Shown one piece after another: positions 25,105-38,753 of a stretch of DNA of 64,000 nt (positions are counted from its first letter, which is position 1; each line of letters opens with the position of its first letter). A program made the translations under genes and the position numbers. The stretch is from Selaginella moellendorffii (Eukaryota > Plantae > Lycopodiophyta). The notes under the pieces are model-generated. The model made no database searches. It worked only from the letters and a program-made list of their open reading frames with translations, and had not been told where the DNA came from. The stretch is taken from contig NW_003314289.1 in assembly GCF_000143415.4 (NCBI RefSeq), positions 29,109-93,108 of the forward strand, in the 5' to 3' direction.

Positions 25105-25829
25105 AGCCGCGGGCAAAGAACCCTAGAAAAGCTAGCCTAAACCCTTTCTTTCCATTAGGGCTAAAAGGAGGTAAAAAAGGTAAAAAACGGGCATTTTTCG
25201 CGTTTGCCATGGTTTTGAAATGTAGGGGTGAAGACCTAGTGGTTCTTTTTGGCGGAAGTCTCTTTCACTATTTTTAATGTGAGGGGGGGTTTTGGAGGTA
25301 CTTTCCGATCAGCTGTCTTCGTCAGCTTTAGCGGGACTCCATTTTTCTTTTGTAGCCAAAGTTAGTGGACCGCCAAAAAGAAAGACGTTTGTGTGTGTAT
25401 AGATTTGGGCCATATTGCTAGAGGCAGACTCTCTTCTTTTTAAATCCCTAGGGAGGAGGGCTCGCGTTTGGCGCTTCCAGGACGATAGGGCGGCTGGGAG
25501 AGGGGAGGGGAGCTTCGAGAGAGGCGAGGGCTTTCTAGGCGCTCGATCTAGAAGCTTGGCCATTCCAGCGCTTGGCTCGAGCTTGGGATGCGCCTTAGGT
25601 CGCCGGATCGGTGGAGATTTGCTTCGCTCCCAAGCCAGCGGCGATCGATGGGGCAATGCGGCTATCGATGAAGCGGCAGATCTTCGGGGGAGGTATGCTC
25701 TAGGATGCTAGCAAGATACATTTCGATGGGAGGAAGAAATCTCGGTCGGCAGCTCTTACGGGGAGCCCTAAGATCAGTGGATTGAAGAATCTGGAAGCTA
25801 TTTATTTCGGTGGAAGCTGAGAAAGCAGA

Positions 25830-28800
25830 ATGAAGCGAGCGTACAAGCTCCGTATCCTTTTTTTTTTTTGGTTTCGCTTTTTCTTTGGCGAAGTTTTCCT
25901 TTACCATTAGCAGAGGAATTCGTTGCTCATGGATCCGATGTCAACTGTCTTAAAATCGGGAAAAAATCCTCACGGGTGCTTGTCACCGGAGGTGAGGATC
26001 ACAAAGTGAACATGTGGGCTATCGGCAAGCCAAATGCAATCCTGGTAAGCTACAAGCTATTTTTCTTTTCCTTTTGTCTTACTAGTCCAATGTTGTTTGT
26101 AGAGCCTTTCAGGACATACAAGTGGTGTGGAGTCCGTTGCCTTTGATGCGGCCGAAGTACTTGTAGTAGCGGGTGCTGCAAGTGGAACCATAAAGCTATG
26201 GGATCTTGAAGAAGCCAAGAGTAATCGTGTGAGGCATTTCTCGTACCGCTTCTAATGCACGTTTCACTTTGTTTTTTTTAGTTGTCCGGACACTCACAGG
26301 TCATCGGTCTAACTGCATTTCTGTCGACTTTCATCCGTTTGGAGAGTTCTTTGCGTCTGGATCTCTCGACACCAATCTGAAAATATGGGACATACGGCGC
26401 AAGGGCTGTATCCACACATATAAAGGCCACACCCGAGGTGTTAAGTGCGTAAAGTTCAGTCCCGATGGGCGATGGATTGTTTCTGGCGGTGAAGACAATG
26501 TCGTTAAGGTACAATTCATGTGGAGTATTGTTTTGTTCTGTATCAAGTTTCTTTTCTGCAGCTATGGGACTTGACCGCTGGAAAGCTTATACATGATTTT
26601 AAATATCATGAGGCTCAAATTCAATGCTTAGACTTTCATCCACACGAATTCTTACTTGCCTCAGGTATGTTCAAACTCTTAACATAGTTGTCCAATGACC
26701 TCGGGACGCAGGCTCCGCTGACAAAACTGTGAAGTTTTATGATTTGGAAACTTTTGAGTTGATTGGTTCGTCTGGGCCAGAGGTATGTTGGCGGAGTGAT
26801 TTTTGAAACATACAATGTTTTCTGCATGTACCAGACGTCGGGAGTGCGTGTGATGGGCTTTAATCCGGACGGTAGGACAATAGTTTCTGCAACGCAGGAA
26901 AACTTGAAGGTTAACATCTTTTACTCTACCTGTATTTTGTATTTACTTTACAACTTTAGGTGCTGTCATGGGAACCACTGAGATATCATGATGCCGTTGA
27001 CGTTGGCTGGTCAAAAATCGCCGACCTCAGTATTCACGAAGGAAAGCTTCTTGGCTGTTCTTTTAACCAGAGTTGTGTCGGCGTGTGGGTTGTTGATCTT
27101 ACGGTAAGAATTTGCTGTTGTCAAGTGTCAAATAATTGTGTTCGTCTTTTTACTGCAGCGTGCTACGCCACTTCAAGTTAGCGCTGCTTCTCGCACAAAC
27201 AGCGTAGTAGCCGGAAAGGCGGTCTCAAATATTACCCCGGCCATCGATTCTCACGTGAAGAATCCCGTTAAAACTTCGATGCCGCAACCCTCTGAATCCG
27301 TTCTAAAGGAAGTGAGAACCGGCACTGGTACAAAATGTAGGCAATTTATAGCTGTATGAAATGCTGGCTAATTTTCTTCCTTGTCCTGTGCAGTGAAGCC
27401 AGATCTTGATGTTACTGCTGTCGAAAATGCACCAAATGCTCCTAATAGAGTTTCCACTCCGTTACCGAGCAAAGCTTTGACGTCTTCTTACGTTTTGACT
27501 CCAAGAAAAGGTTCCATAACCAGGGTACAATCCAGCGACAGTGTTCGTCAGTCTTCGCCCATGTCAGGCATTGCTTCAAGGCCAGCTAGTGGTTTAAGCT
27601 CTTTCTCGGAGAATGGCCATGCCCCTACACCGAGGCAAGAGTCAACTGCAGAGTCCATCAGGAAAAGCTTCGAAGGAAATGGAAAAATTAACGGAAATGT
27701 TGGAGCGGGCGATTCTTTTTCTCCAAGGGTTGCCGTCATTAGAAGCTCTTACATCCATCCGGATACGAGCAGTAACAAGACGTTCCCAACTGAAAGCGAC
27801 GACGATAGAGAAGAAAAGGTTACCAAAAGGCACACGCCATTTTCTATCAAAGCAGAATCAGGAATCAGAGGATCCATATCCGGTAAGTCCCTCGGTTACT
27901 TGTGAAGCATGCTGCTAAAGTTTTCTGGCAGACGACCGAGTACAACAGCTGAAGCATTGTTTTGATGAAGTAGCTGCTGCACAAGGTAGAATATGTGTGT
28001 GTTAACGTGCCTGGCTAACATCTTGATAATTCAGGAGATGCCGATTTCAGACGATCTAGATCTTTTTCTGCTCAACGGGGAAGGAAAGAAAGAGACATCG
28101 CTGATGTTCCTATTACAGTTCATGTGGGTCGTGGAAAGCCTGTTGCCTTGGACACGAGCCAACGTAACTCAATGGTATGAACGTTATTGGTATTCTTGGT
28201 CACTGTTCTCATGCTTATTTCAATAGATGGATGCCATGGAGAAACCTGCAGCTGCTTCTCAAGATGAAACAGATGCACTGGACGAAGTAATGCAACAACA
28301 TTATACAGTGAGTGGGACCTTACAAACACGGTTGGCAAAGCTTCAGGTGAACCTTCGTTTTTATTTGCCTTGTTCTTCGCCTCAACTGCTTTCCTTCAGA
28401 TGGTACGAAGACTCTGGTTTAAGAATGACCTTAAAGCTGTTATAGACGCAACAAGCAAAATGGCAGATAATTCGGTAATATCGTGAATTGCTGTAAACCG
28501 ACGCTGATGTTTCCTGCAGGTTTTAGGGGATTTATTGAGTATCCTTACCGAGAGGAGTGACATGATTACATTGGAGGTGTGCTCGCTTCTCCTTCCACTC
28601 TTGAATACCTTGTTGCACAGCAATTATGACAGGTTGGGATCTGCAAAGTTTGTTTCGTTCTTGAGCTAATTTTCGACTTGAAACAGACACATCACGACTT
28701 CTTTGTCGATGCTTTCTTTGCTGGTCAAGAGTTTTGGCCCACTTATACACAACACGCTTACGGCGTCCCCATCAATTGGCGTTGATGTGCAACTGGAAGA

Positions 28801-29043
28801 AAGGTGCGTCTGTTGAGAGAAAGCTTTGTTGTTGACTAGTTTGTTGCTTTGTTGTGTAGGCATGCCCGTTGCAGCGAGTGTTACAAGGAATTGCAAGCAA
28901 TCAAACAAAGCATAGCACCTTTAATGAGGTACATGGCTTCTGTGACACTCCGTTGTGTGACAATCGGTGTGTATTTTTGTAGGAAAAGTGGCGAGATTTC
29001 GAAGACTGCACGGGATTTGAATGTAGCACTGAGCGACCTATGA
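25830..29043 (+). CDS. KTN80: Katanin p80 WD40 subunit B1 homolog (multi-exon)
   Basis: MKRAYKL/QEFVAH start, WD40 repeats ([55 protein letters not shown]) and a C-terminal con80 region ([10 protein letters not shown]; [12 protein letters not shown]). Confidence 0.95.
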
Positions 29044-29399
29044 TCTTACTTTTGTCCGAGAAGATCTCAAGCATTACCAACGTTATATTCTGCCGCAGCT
29101 ATAGGTGGCCTTTTACATATGCTCCTTGCTGTGATGTAAACTGTGTTTTCTTTGCAGATTGCTACAAGGTCGCATGGCACACGGACTCGTCAGCTTTGCT
29201 CGTTCTAATGGCGTTGAATTGATCGCCGCTTTGTATATTTTTTACTCGCGGGCGGGCTAATGTTCAAGGTGCTGTACAAATAAGTTTTTGACCTGTTTGT
29301 TAATTCTTGATAACTACTTAATTTGCGTACATCCAAGGTCTTTATTGTTACGGCCGAGGGCTTGTTCTAGTTTATTTGTCAGAGCTCAAGAAAAGCAGG

Positions 29400-30876
29400 A
29401 TGGACGAGGTAAGTAACCCATCAAACAGGAAAAGGCCCCACGCAGTGGCAATAGCACTGCCAGTTCAAGGCCACATTAATCCGATGATGCAACTGGCCAC
29501 CAAGATGGCTTCCAGGGGGTGTATCGTCACTCTTGTGAACCTGCAAAGCAACCACAGGAGATTGGTAGAAGCTTCAGATCCAGTGAAGAACATCCGCTTC
29601 GAGTCTGTTCCAGATAGAGTGCCAGTCGATGTTGCGAGCATGGCAATTTTCGGGTCCACAGAGAACAGGAAAACTTTCCGGAAAGCTTACGAGGCCATGG
29701 AAGAGGATGTGATGGAGCTGCTCCAAAACAAGCTCTTGCAGAGCGACTGTCCGGTTTCATTTATTATCGGTGATGTCTACCTCAACTGGGTTGTCCGGGT
29801 CGCAGACGCAGTCGGGCTACCAAGACTCTTGTTCTCCACAACCTGTGCTTCGTCTCTCCTGGTGGATCACTGGATTCCTCGGCTCTTGGAAACCGGAGAA
29901 ATACCCATTGAAACAGGTACACGGGTTTTTTGCTTGCTCTTTGTTTTTTCTTATCTCATGTCACTTGTGTTTTCCTCTTTCTTCAGGGATGGACAAAGAG
30001 GTTCTAGCCAATCTACCTGGAATGCCTCGGCCACTTCGAAAAGCCGACTTGCCATTCTACTTCACCAGCAGGCTGTCCACGCCGGACTCGTTCTCACGCA
30101 GGTATGCCAAAGCCAAGTCTCTACGTGACTGCGACGGCATTCTCATCAACTCGGCAGACTTTCTCGAGCCCGGAGCTTTCAAGGCCCTCCAGTCGGAGGT
30201 GAACTCCAACACGATCGGCGTGGGGCCGCTGCTTGACACGGCCGGGAAGTCCACCACAAACGCAGCTTGGGTGGCGGACGCAAAGTGTCTCGACTGGCTC
30301 AACGGCAGGGAAGAGAAGTCCGTCCTCTACGTCTCGTTTGGAAGCCTGGCGACGCTGCCGTGCGAACAGGTGTTGGAGATGGCCGAGGGGATCAAGCAGT
30401 GCGGCTACTCGGTCTTGTGGGTTCTCCGGCCAAATCTCCTCGGCTCCACCGGGGAGGACTCCCAGGAATCGCTCAAGACGGTGCTGGAAGAGATCGAGGC
30501 GTCCGGGAAGGCGTGCCTGGTGGATTGGGCTCCCCAGCTCCAAGTCTTGGCTCACGCTGCGGTGGGGGGTTTCTTGAGTCACTGTGGATGGAACTCGGTG
30601 CTCGAGGCTGTGTGGTTTGGGATTCCAGTGCTGGCGTGGCCCCAGATTGTGGAGCAGAGCTTGGTTGCCAGGATTGCTTGCGGGGAGTGGAAAGTTGGGA
30701 TGAGAGTGCCGGTGCTGGAGGGTGGTGGTGGTGTCATTGACAGGACAAGGATCTCGCAGTGTATCGATGGGTTTATGATGGAGGGAGAACTTGGAAGGAA
30801 CTGCCGGGCTCTACAGATGGTAGTAAAGGCATCGGATGGCCTGCCTTGTTTAAACTCGTTCTTTTATTTTGTTTAA
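29400..30876 (+). CDS. Family 1 UDP-glycosyltransferase (one intron, ~29917-29986)
   Basis: N-terminal PHAVAIALPVQGHINPMMQLA, SVLYVSFGS, and PSPG box WAPQLQVLAHAAVGGFLSHCGWNSVLEAVWFGIPVLAWPQIVEQ. Confidence 0.93.
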
Positions 30877-31437
30877 TTTGTCTCAAACTTATTTAGAAAA
30901 GAAAATTCGAAAAAACAAAGAAAAAATCTTAACTACTTTTAACAACCCACTTTTCTTAAATGTATTTAATAAATTACTATATTTTATTATTACATAGTTA
31001 CCAGCTCTAAGCTTCACAAAATAAACAATTATGTCCACCTTATAAAATATATCTTCAAAATAAAAATAAATAGATAATATTATTGAAATTACATAACATA
31101 AGATATTTTTTCAACTTTTTATATGGCAATTAATAAGTTTCAATATGGTGTATTTTTTAAAAACTCTCAAGCTCAAACGGTGTTATATTGTAGTTACTTA
31201 GATTAAGTATTACAATACAGTTATTTCAAAATGTTTATAAATTTTATCTCATTTGATTATTAATTTACATTTATTTGTATATGCGAGTGCTCGCGATATA
31301 GGAATAGGTATATTAATTGGGGTTTAGACCTCTACTTATATATAAGAATGAATGGACTAGGTTCAGTCCCAAATGGACAGTCCTAGTATTATAATTAATG
31401 CATTACCTAACTAGGGTTATATATATATATCTCTGTG

Positions 31438-34400
31438 TGTGTGTGCATGGAATATGAATACAAAAATGTGCATATCAATTAGCCCAAAAACCCTAGCTTA
31501 TATACAGGAGCGAGTGGTCTGGATTGAAACCAATCCGACGGCTACCAAAATCCCATTATGCTAATATTAGTATATGGCATCGTAGCTATACACTTGGCCC
31601 TCACATCATCCCCTCCTCTCGGAATAATGGAAGACCATCAGGGTTCTCTTGTAGACGGGCCGGGATCTGGAGGAACATTAGGAGGAGGCATCGGCGAATC
31701 TGTAGATGGTATTAACCGCTCCTAATCCCTTTGTATGAAGCGTTTCAACTGCTACACATGCACAATCTCTGGAGGATTGGCCTGCTGGATGTCATGCCGA
31801 ACCTCATAAACTTGTGATCCAACTTGCCGCAACACTCAATACGGTCCTTTCCACTGTGCAAGGAGCCCCTTAGATAAACCATATACCGTAAGATGGAGAA
31901 AACGGACTAACACCAAATCATCCACTTTGTACTTTGTAGGTGGACGATGATGGGAGTTGTAATGCTGTTGTTGTCCCACTTGTACACGGCCTAAGTGTTC
32001 GGTAGATTCCGCTCGGACAAGTGGAAGAATGCTTGTCAAATATTGATCCCATGACCTAGCATCCGCAGCTCGTGGCAATCGCGAAGGTAAACCCAGCTCT
32101 ATTGGTAATATTGGATCATGACCATATAAGAGTTTATATGGTGAAGCACCAACAGAACTCTGCACCCCAGTGACATATGCATACCGAAGAGATGGCAAAT
32201 AACTATCCCAATCCGAATGCTGAAAGTTCACATACTTCGCATTCATCCCCTTGAACGTCCGAACGAGCCGTTCCACCAGACCGTCTGATTATGGATGATA
32301 AGCACTCGTGAAAGTGTGGCGAATCCCCAACCGAGACGTCAAAACATGAAATGCCTCAGCCATAAATACGGGACCATTATCCGAAAGAATCTGCTCTGGA
32401 CAAGAATGCTGGAACACCACTCGATTCAGGAGGAAGTATCCAACAGCAATTGCAGAGGTGTTAGGAAGAGCACCAACTTCCACCCAACGAGTCAAGTAGT
32501 CAGAAGCAATAATAACATACTAATTGCCAGTAGTCAACCGTGGAAAAGGTCCCATAAGATCAAATGCCACCAACTCAAACGGACGGGAAACTGCAATTGA
32601 CTCCAACTGTCCTTCAGCAGCCCGAGGGGGAGTATTATGAGCTTGGCACCAAACGCAGCTATGCACATACCGGATAATACCATGTCACATCTTCGGCCAA
32701 TAGAAAGACCTACATAGCTTCTCGATTACGACGATATCCCATATGCCCACTTACAATAGGAGAATCATGATAGGCATGGAGAAACTATGGAATAAAGATA
32801 GAAGGCACCACCAGCCGTAAATGATCATCAGGATCTGTCCCCACAAAATAAAGAAGGCCATCTTCAAGACGATATTGAGAATGTAAATGCCGGAAAGGCA
32901 AGTCATCAGCAAGTGATGCAGGATTCTCAAACCCATCTCAAAGCCTTCGAATCCATGGCTCAATCTTTTGAGCCTCGCGAACCTCATCAAGCGAAGGTAG
33001 ATCTTGCTCTGCACCTTGTGGACACTGAACATCAAGTACAGCAACCGCCGACGGCACAGAATCCTCGTCTAGAAAATCCACAGATGCTAGAACAATAGGC
33101 TCGTAAGAAATATGGGAAGAGAGTGAAGAAGGAAGAGGAGCTCGAGAAAGGGCATCAGCATCAGCCATAGAATTCCCTGGGCGGTGAACAACATCAAAAT
33201 CATATATCTGAAGCTTCAAAGCCCACCGAGCAGTACGACCAACCAGGTTCTTCCGCTTTAATAACGAAGTAACAGCAGCATGGTCACCTTCAAGTAACGT
33301 CCGAGAGCCATGTAGATATGCATGAAGTCTCTCGAAACCCCAGACTGCTACTAAACACTCCTTCTCTGTCGTGGAGTAGTTGATTTCTGCTAGTTGTAAT
33401 ATATGGCTTATATATGCAATGGGATGGCGCTGACTAGGCACACTCGAGCTCTCTTGCATTAACACACCTCCAAGACCAATTTTAGAAGCATCCACACGCA
33501 AAATAAAAGGTCGAGTGTAGTCAGGATATGCCAAAACCGGAGGAGTTGTCAATAACTCTTTGAGATCCCCGAACGCCTACTCACAATCTAGAGATCAAAT
33601 GAAAAATGATGTTGATGGCTTCAGCAACACTCGCAATAGTGCAATGCGATCAGAAAGACGATCCACAAAACGCACGAGATACTGCACCTTGCCCAAGAAG
33701 CGTTGCATATAATTCACACACTTTGGAGTAGGGAACTTCAGAACAGTCACAAGTTTGTCAGGATCAACTGGCAAACCCTCACGAGAAATACGGTACCCAA
33801 GATAAGTTTTGTCCTTGGATCCAAACACGCACTTCGACCGCTTCAGCTTTAAACCAACGTCGCGTAGCTGATCCAACACTTTACAAATATCACGAGCGTG
33901 CTCCTCCCACGTCCCCTCTGAGTGGATCGAGACATCATCAATGAAGTCAGCAGTCACCTCTGGCATATCGCAAAGAACCTTGTCCATCATCCATTGAAAA
34001 GTTGTTGGAGCATTGTTCAAACCAAATGGCATCACCAAGAACTCATACAAACCAAATGGTGTACGAAAAGTAGTCTTAGGAATATCTTCTTCGGCCATCG
34101 GTACTTGCCAGTACCCAAAAGCAAGATTTAGCTTGGTGAACCAACGACTTCGCCCCAGACGATCCAAGAGATCAGCAGTGTGAGGAAGAGGGTACACATC
34201 CGGGATCGTTACATCGTTTAACGGACAATAGTCGATGCAGAAACGAATACTCCCATTAGGCTTCGTCACAAGATGAGGTTCACATGCCCAAGGACTCCGT
34301 GATTTCTGAATAACACCCTTCTCCAACATCTCCTTGACATTTGCACGTAAAATCTTGATCTCCTTTGGTGACTGATGACGAACAGGAACCTTGATTGGAC

Positions 34401-36438
34401 GAGCATCCCCAGTTGGAATCGGATGACGTGTGGCAATCTTGGCTCCAAACGATAGGTCAAAGTCAAAGAGATCAGAATACTCCTTCATGAGCCGGTCAAC
34501 TGCTGCAACACAAAAATCGTCGGAGGGATCGGAAAAGGGAAGAGCAGAACAAGATAGAAACACAGGAGGAAAGAGTGGGGAAACAAAAGTAATGGAAGCA
34601 GAGGTAGAAGTAAAGGGACAAAGAGGTACGGAACTGAGAGGGATGGATAAAACGTACGGAAGTATGAGACAAGGGGGAGAAGCCTCAAAGTCACACTTGG
34701 CATGATTGCGCTGCAATTAATCCATACCAAGAATGAGGTCAAAAGCTTGACTCGACACCACCCACAACGACTGCAACTCAAGCTCGAGATCGCCCACACG
34801 CACAACCAGATCTGCCTCATCCCGTGCACATGTATATGTATGGCCGTTGCCATAAAGAATGAAAACTGGTTCCGCCGCACAACACAAGTGTAGACGACAA
34901 CGTGTGGTAACAAGTCGAGCAATAGAAGATAAACTTGAACCTGTATCAACCAATACGGAGAGAATAATAGGAGACTTCTTGTTATAAAGATGAGCTTGGA
35001 AAGTAAACACTGGATGAACTGATGCCGAGTGAACCCCTTAATGATACTCCCGAAAGAAAGATGGAGGGGTTACTGACTTATTCGCACAAGGTCCCTCCAT
35101 TACTCACGCGACTCCTCGTTTCCCAGATGCATCTCGGTGTCCAAACCGTCCATTGCAGTAGCACCAACAGGACATTGCTGACGCCAAGGTCTCCACCTAG
35201 GAAATGGAGGTCGCCAATCCGGAAAACGCCGACAATGCCGATAAGTATGACCAACTTCATCACATGCCCAGCAGCGAACATCACGGCCACGACCATGTCC
35301 TCGCCCATGACCTTGGACTCGAGTAGCAGCAGCATCAACCTCCATTGGAACATGACCATCACTCACAGGAAGTGGAGCTGAAGGACGTGCAGCAAGAAGT
35401 GGAAGAGGCGACATCTCATAACGTTGTGCCAAGCAAAGAGCATCGTCAAGGGTGGTGGGAGCAAGTGCATGCACAAGTCCGACAAGATTTTGACGAAGTG
35501 CTGGCCACAACATTCCTAGCTTGATCTGCTCCGACATATTTGGCTCCGCATGAAACAAAAGACTTCGGAAACGAACACCAAATTGCATCACTGACTTAGA
35601 TGGCCCTTGGCGAAGATGATGCAATTGTTGGAAAACATTATCACAGTCATCGGCATGTCCAAAGGCACGTTTGAAGACATCCAGAAGAACACTCCAATCC
35701 CCGCAAGTGGTTGCTCCCAAACCATTGTACCACTGCAACGCCGTCCATTGGAGACACGTGGGAAACTCACGCAAACGTCGAGCATCATCCCAAGAATGAT
35801 ATGTGGCAATCACCATAAAGTGATCAAACCAATGGTACACATCATCCCCAGGATTCCCGCAAAAGAACTCCAGCTAAACGCGAGGATTGGCACCAAGAGC
35901 AGGAGGAGTTGTACCATGTGCCGTGAACGCCGCCATCAACTAAGTTTGGTTGTTCAATTGCAAGTGCATAGCATCAAGCAATTGTACCAACTGCTGCTCC
36001 AAAGTCAAAGGAGGAGATTGCTGATCTACCATAGAGACGAATGAAAAGAAAGAGCAAAAGAAGAGAAATGACAAAAAGCTAAAAGGAAATGGTAGATCTA
36101 GACAATGCAAAAAGCTAGATTTAAACCAAAATTTTGAAAGGAAAGAACAAAAGAAAGGAAATGGGAAAAGCTAGATCTAAACTGAAATCCCAAATCCAAG
36201 CACTCCCCAAGGACAATCAAAGGTGCCTCTCACCTCCACCAATGTGAGTGCATGGAATATGGCAATATGAGTGCATGGAATATGGAAAGGGAATATAGAA
36301 ATGTGCATATCAATTAGCCCAAAAACCCTAGTTTATATACAGGAGCGAGTGGTCCGGATTGAAACCAATCTAATAGCTACCAAAATCCCACTACACTAAT
36401 ATTAGTACACGGCATCATAGCCATACACTTGGCCCTCA

Positions 36439-36440
<2 letters not shown>
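31438..36440 (-). mobile_element. Ty3/gypsy non-chromovirus LTR retrotransposon B1, degenerate
   Basis: LTRs ~31438-31605 and 36243-36440. PBS TGGTGGAGGTG and PPT GAGAGGAGGGGATGA on the minus strand. Gag ~35100-36032 (CWACDEVGHTYRHC), protease VDTGSS, RT FIDD, RNase H VDAS and integrase SDNG...AYHP, with several stops and no chromodomain. Confidence 0.93.
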
Positions 36441-36496
<56 letters not shown>

Positions 36497-38548
36497 GATG
36501 TATGTATTTACAAACCTTACACCATCTTCCCCTTTGGAAAATGAAAAGGTGATGATAATAAGTTAGGTGGAACATTTAGAGTTTTTACTAGGGAATTATA
36601 AACTACCACAAAAATCTGAAACTCTCATAAAACCATCAACAAAGTTGTTGATAACCATGATTGAAATAAGATCCAAAGCCATAACATAAGTATTAGCCAA
36701 TTACAGAACCTCTATAAACCAGTTGCAATTCCATATACAGCTCCTAAATGTTCAAACCAACCATGCAACTATAACTTTGAACCGGGGAAGTCGGACTCAC
36801 TCTGTTCATCCTCCACATTCTCCTTATCCCCTCCTTGTAGGAAAAAAAGTTTTGAAGCATTGGTTCCATTCGGACTTGTTACACTCATCCTCATTTTGCT
36901 ATCTATGTTCAACCTCACTCCACTATCGCATCTGTTCGGCTTTATTACATTGGGGCCAAATGTTCTATTTAGACTTGCTATGCTCATCCTCACTCCACAA
37001 TCCATATCATTTGTTCTCACTCCACTACCATATTTTCTTGTCCTCATTCCATTGTCAGGGCTAGACTCCCATTTGTCTCCTCTACCCTCTCCTCCAAAGA
37101 AAACAAAGTTTGAAATGTTGGGGCAAAAAGGAGGAAACAAGAAAAATTGAGGAAAAATAATTGTGAAAGAAGAAAAAGTAGATAAAGAAGCATTGGAAAA
37201 GGAATTTGCAGCAACTAGTAGGGAAATCAAAAGAACATATGCTTAAAGCTTGGAAAATAGAGGACTTCTTATCATAAAATACTTTGGCCACCACAATATA
37301 AGTAAAGGATTCACACTGCTCAACCTCCTTAACACACAACTTAAGACAGGAAAATCAATAATAATATCCATACTCTCAAGGGAATATATAAATTCCTTAG
37401 CAGCAATAGTAAAGTAAATGCTCTCAGTAGCACTCACAAGTGGGGACATGCATTCAACCTGAAACTCTGGCCAAAGTGACTCAATAATTGGAACAAGAGA
37501 ATACTCAACACCAGAATTGATCAAAAACTCTGTCAATGAAACAAAAGTAAGATTCTTAACTTCATAGACACACTCAACATCCAAATTAGTATGAGAAGGA
37601 CAGAAAACACTTAACTTAACACTAGATTAAGAATGAGAATCATGAGAGTCACAAATGATCAACGTGCCAAAAGACGAAAACACTGTAGATAAGGAAGAAA
37701 TACTAGGAACATGAGAAAGTGGCTCAAGCCGAGAAATAAGAAAAAGGTTGGGAAAGAGTAAAAGGGAGAAAGAAAAGATTAGATAGCAGATTGAAATATT
37801 GGCACCTACCCTGCAAAATTTTCACTTCATGTCCAAAGCTATCTCCATAATAATCAAGCTCATCATCACACTCTGGAATCCACTTGAGCTTGTACACATC
37901 ATCTTCCCATAAACTTGATTTTCAAACATTCTCTAAGAATTGGACTGTATCATCCATAGCTCTCCAATTAATATCACGATCACACTCCACATCAACAAGA
38001 GATAGTAGAACATCGAGAATAGGACAAGCCATGTAATCACGTCCCACAAAGACTGGAGACAGCAACATATCAAAGATGGGCATAACACCAATATGATCAC
38101 ACTCCACAACATCAAAAGTTCGATCCAACGGAGCAACATTAGCAGCCTCAAGTGACATACTCCTTGATTGATAATAGCATGGCATGACAGAAGGAGAGAA
38201 TGTAATGATGATTATAAGAAAGAGTAGATCTAAGCACAATGATAGCTAAAATTCTAAATCTTGCGAAAAGCTAATATAAACCTAGATCTAAAAGAGAATG
38301 AAGAAATAAGAATAAAAAAACATAATCCCGAACACTAGAGCAAAGCACTACCAAAAAGCTTTGCCTTTCAAGAATAAATTGCAGTGCTCCTCACCTCCAC
38401 TAATGTGAGTGCTGGGGATATAGGAATAGATATATTAATTTGGGTTTAGACCCCTACTTATATACAAGAATGAATGGACCAGATTCAATCTCAAATGAAT
38501 AATCTATATGCTATAGTACTATAATTAGTGTATTACCTAACTAGGGTA

Positions 38549-38549
38549 A

Positions 38550-38601
<52 letters not shown>

Positions 38602-38646
38602 CATATACATACATATATATATACATACATATATATATATACACAC

Positions 38647-38679
<33 letters not shown>

Positions 38680-38753
38680 CACACATATATATATATACAT
38701 ACATATATATATATATACATATATACACACATATATATATACACATATATATA
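38549..38753. repeat. (TA)n/(CA) compound microsatellite running into an assembly gap
   Basis: Read directly from the sequence; the N run spans about 38754-38853. Confidence 0.95.

Noticed and set aside
17968-30876. SMT2 plus UGT as a sterol-glycoside biosynthetic cluster
   Set aside because: They are separated by unrelated genes, no cyclase or P450 is present, and the UGT is a PSPG type rather than a UGT80 sterol glucosyltransferase.
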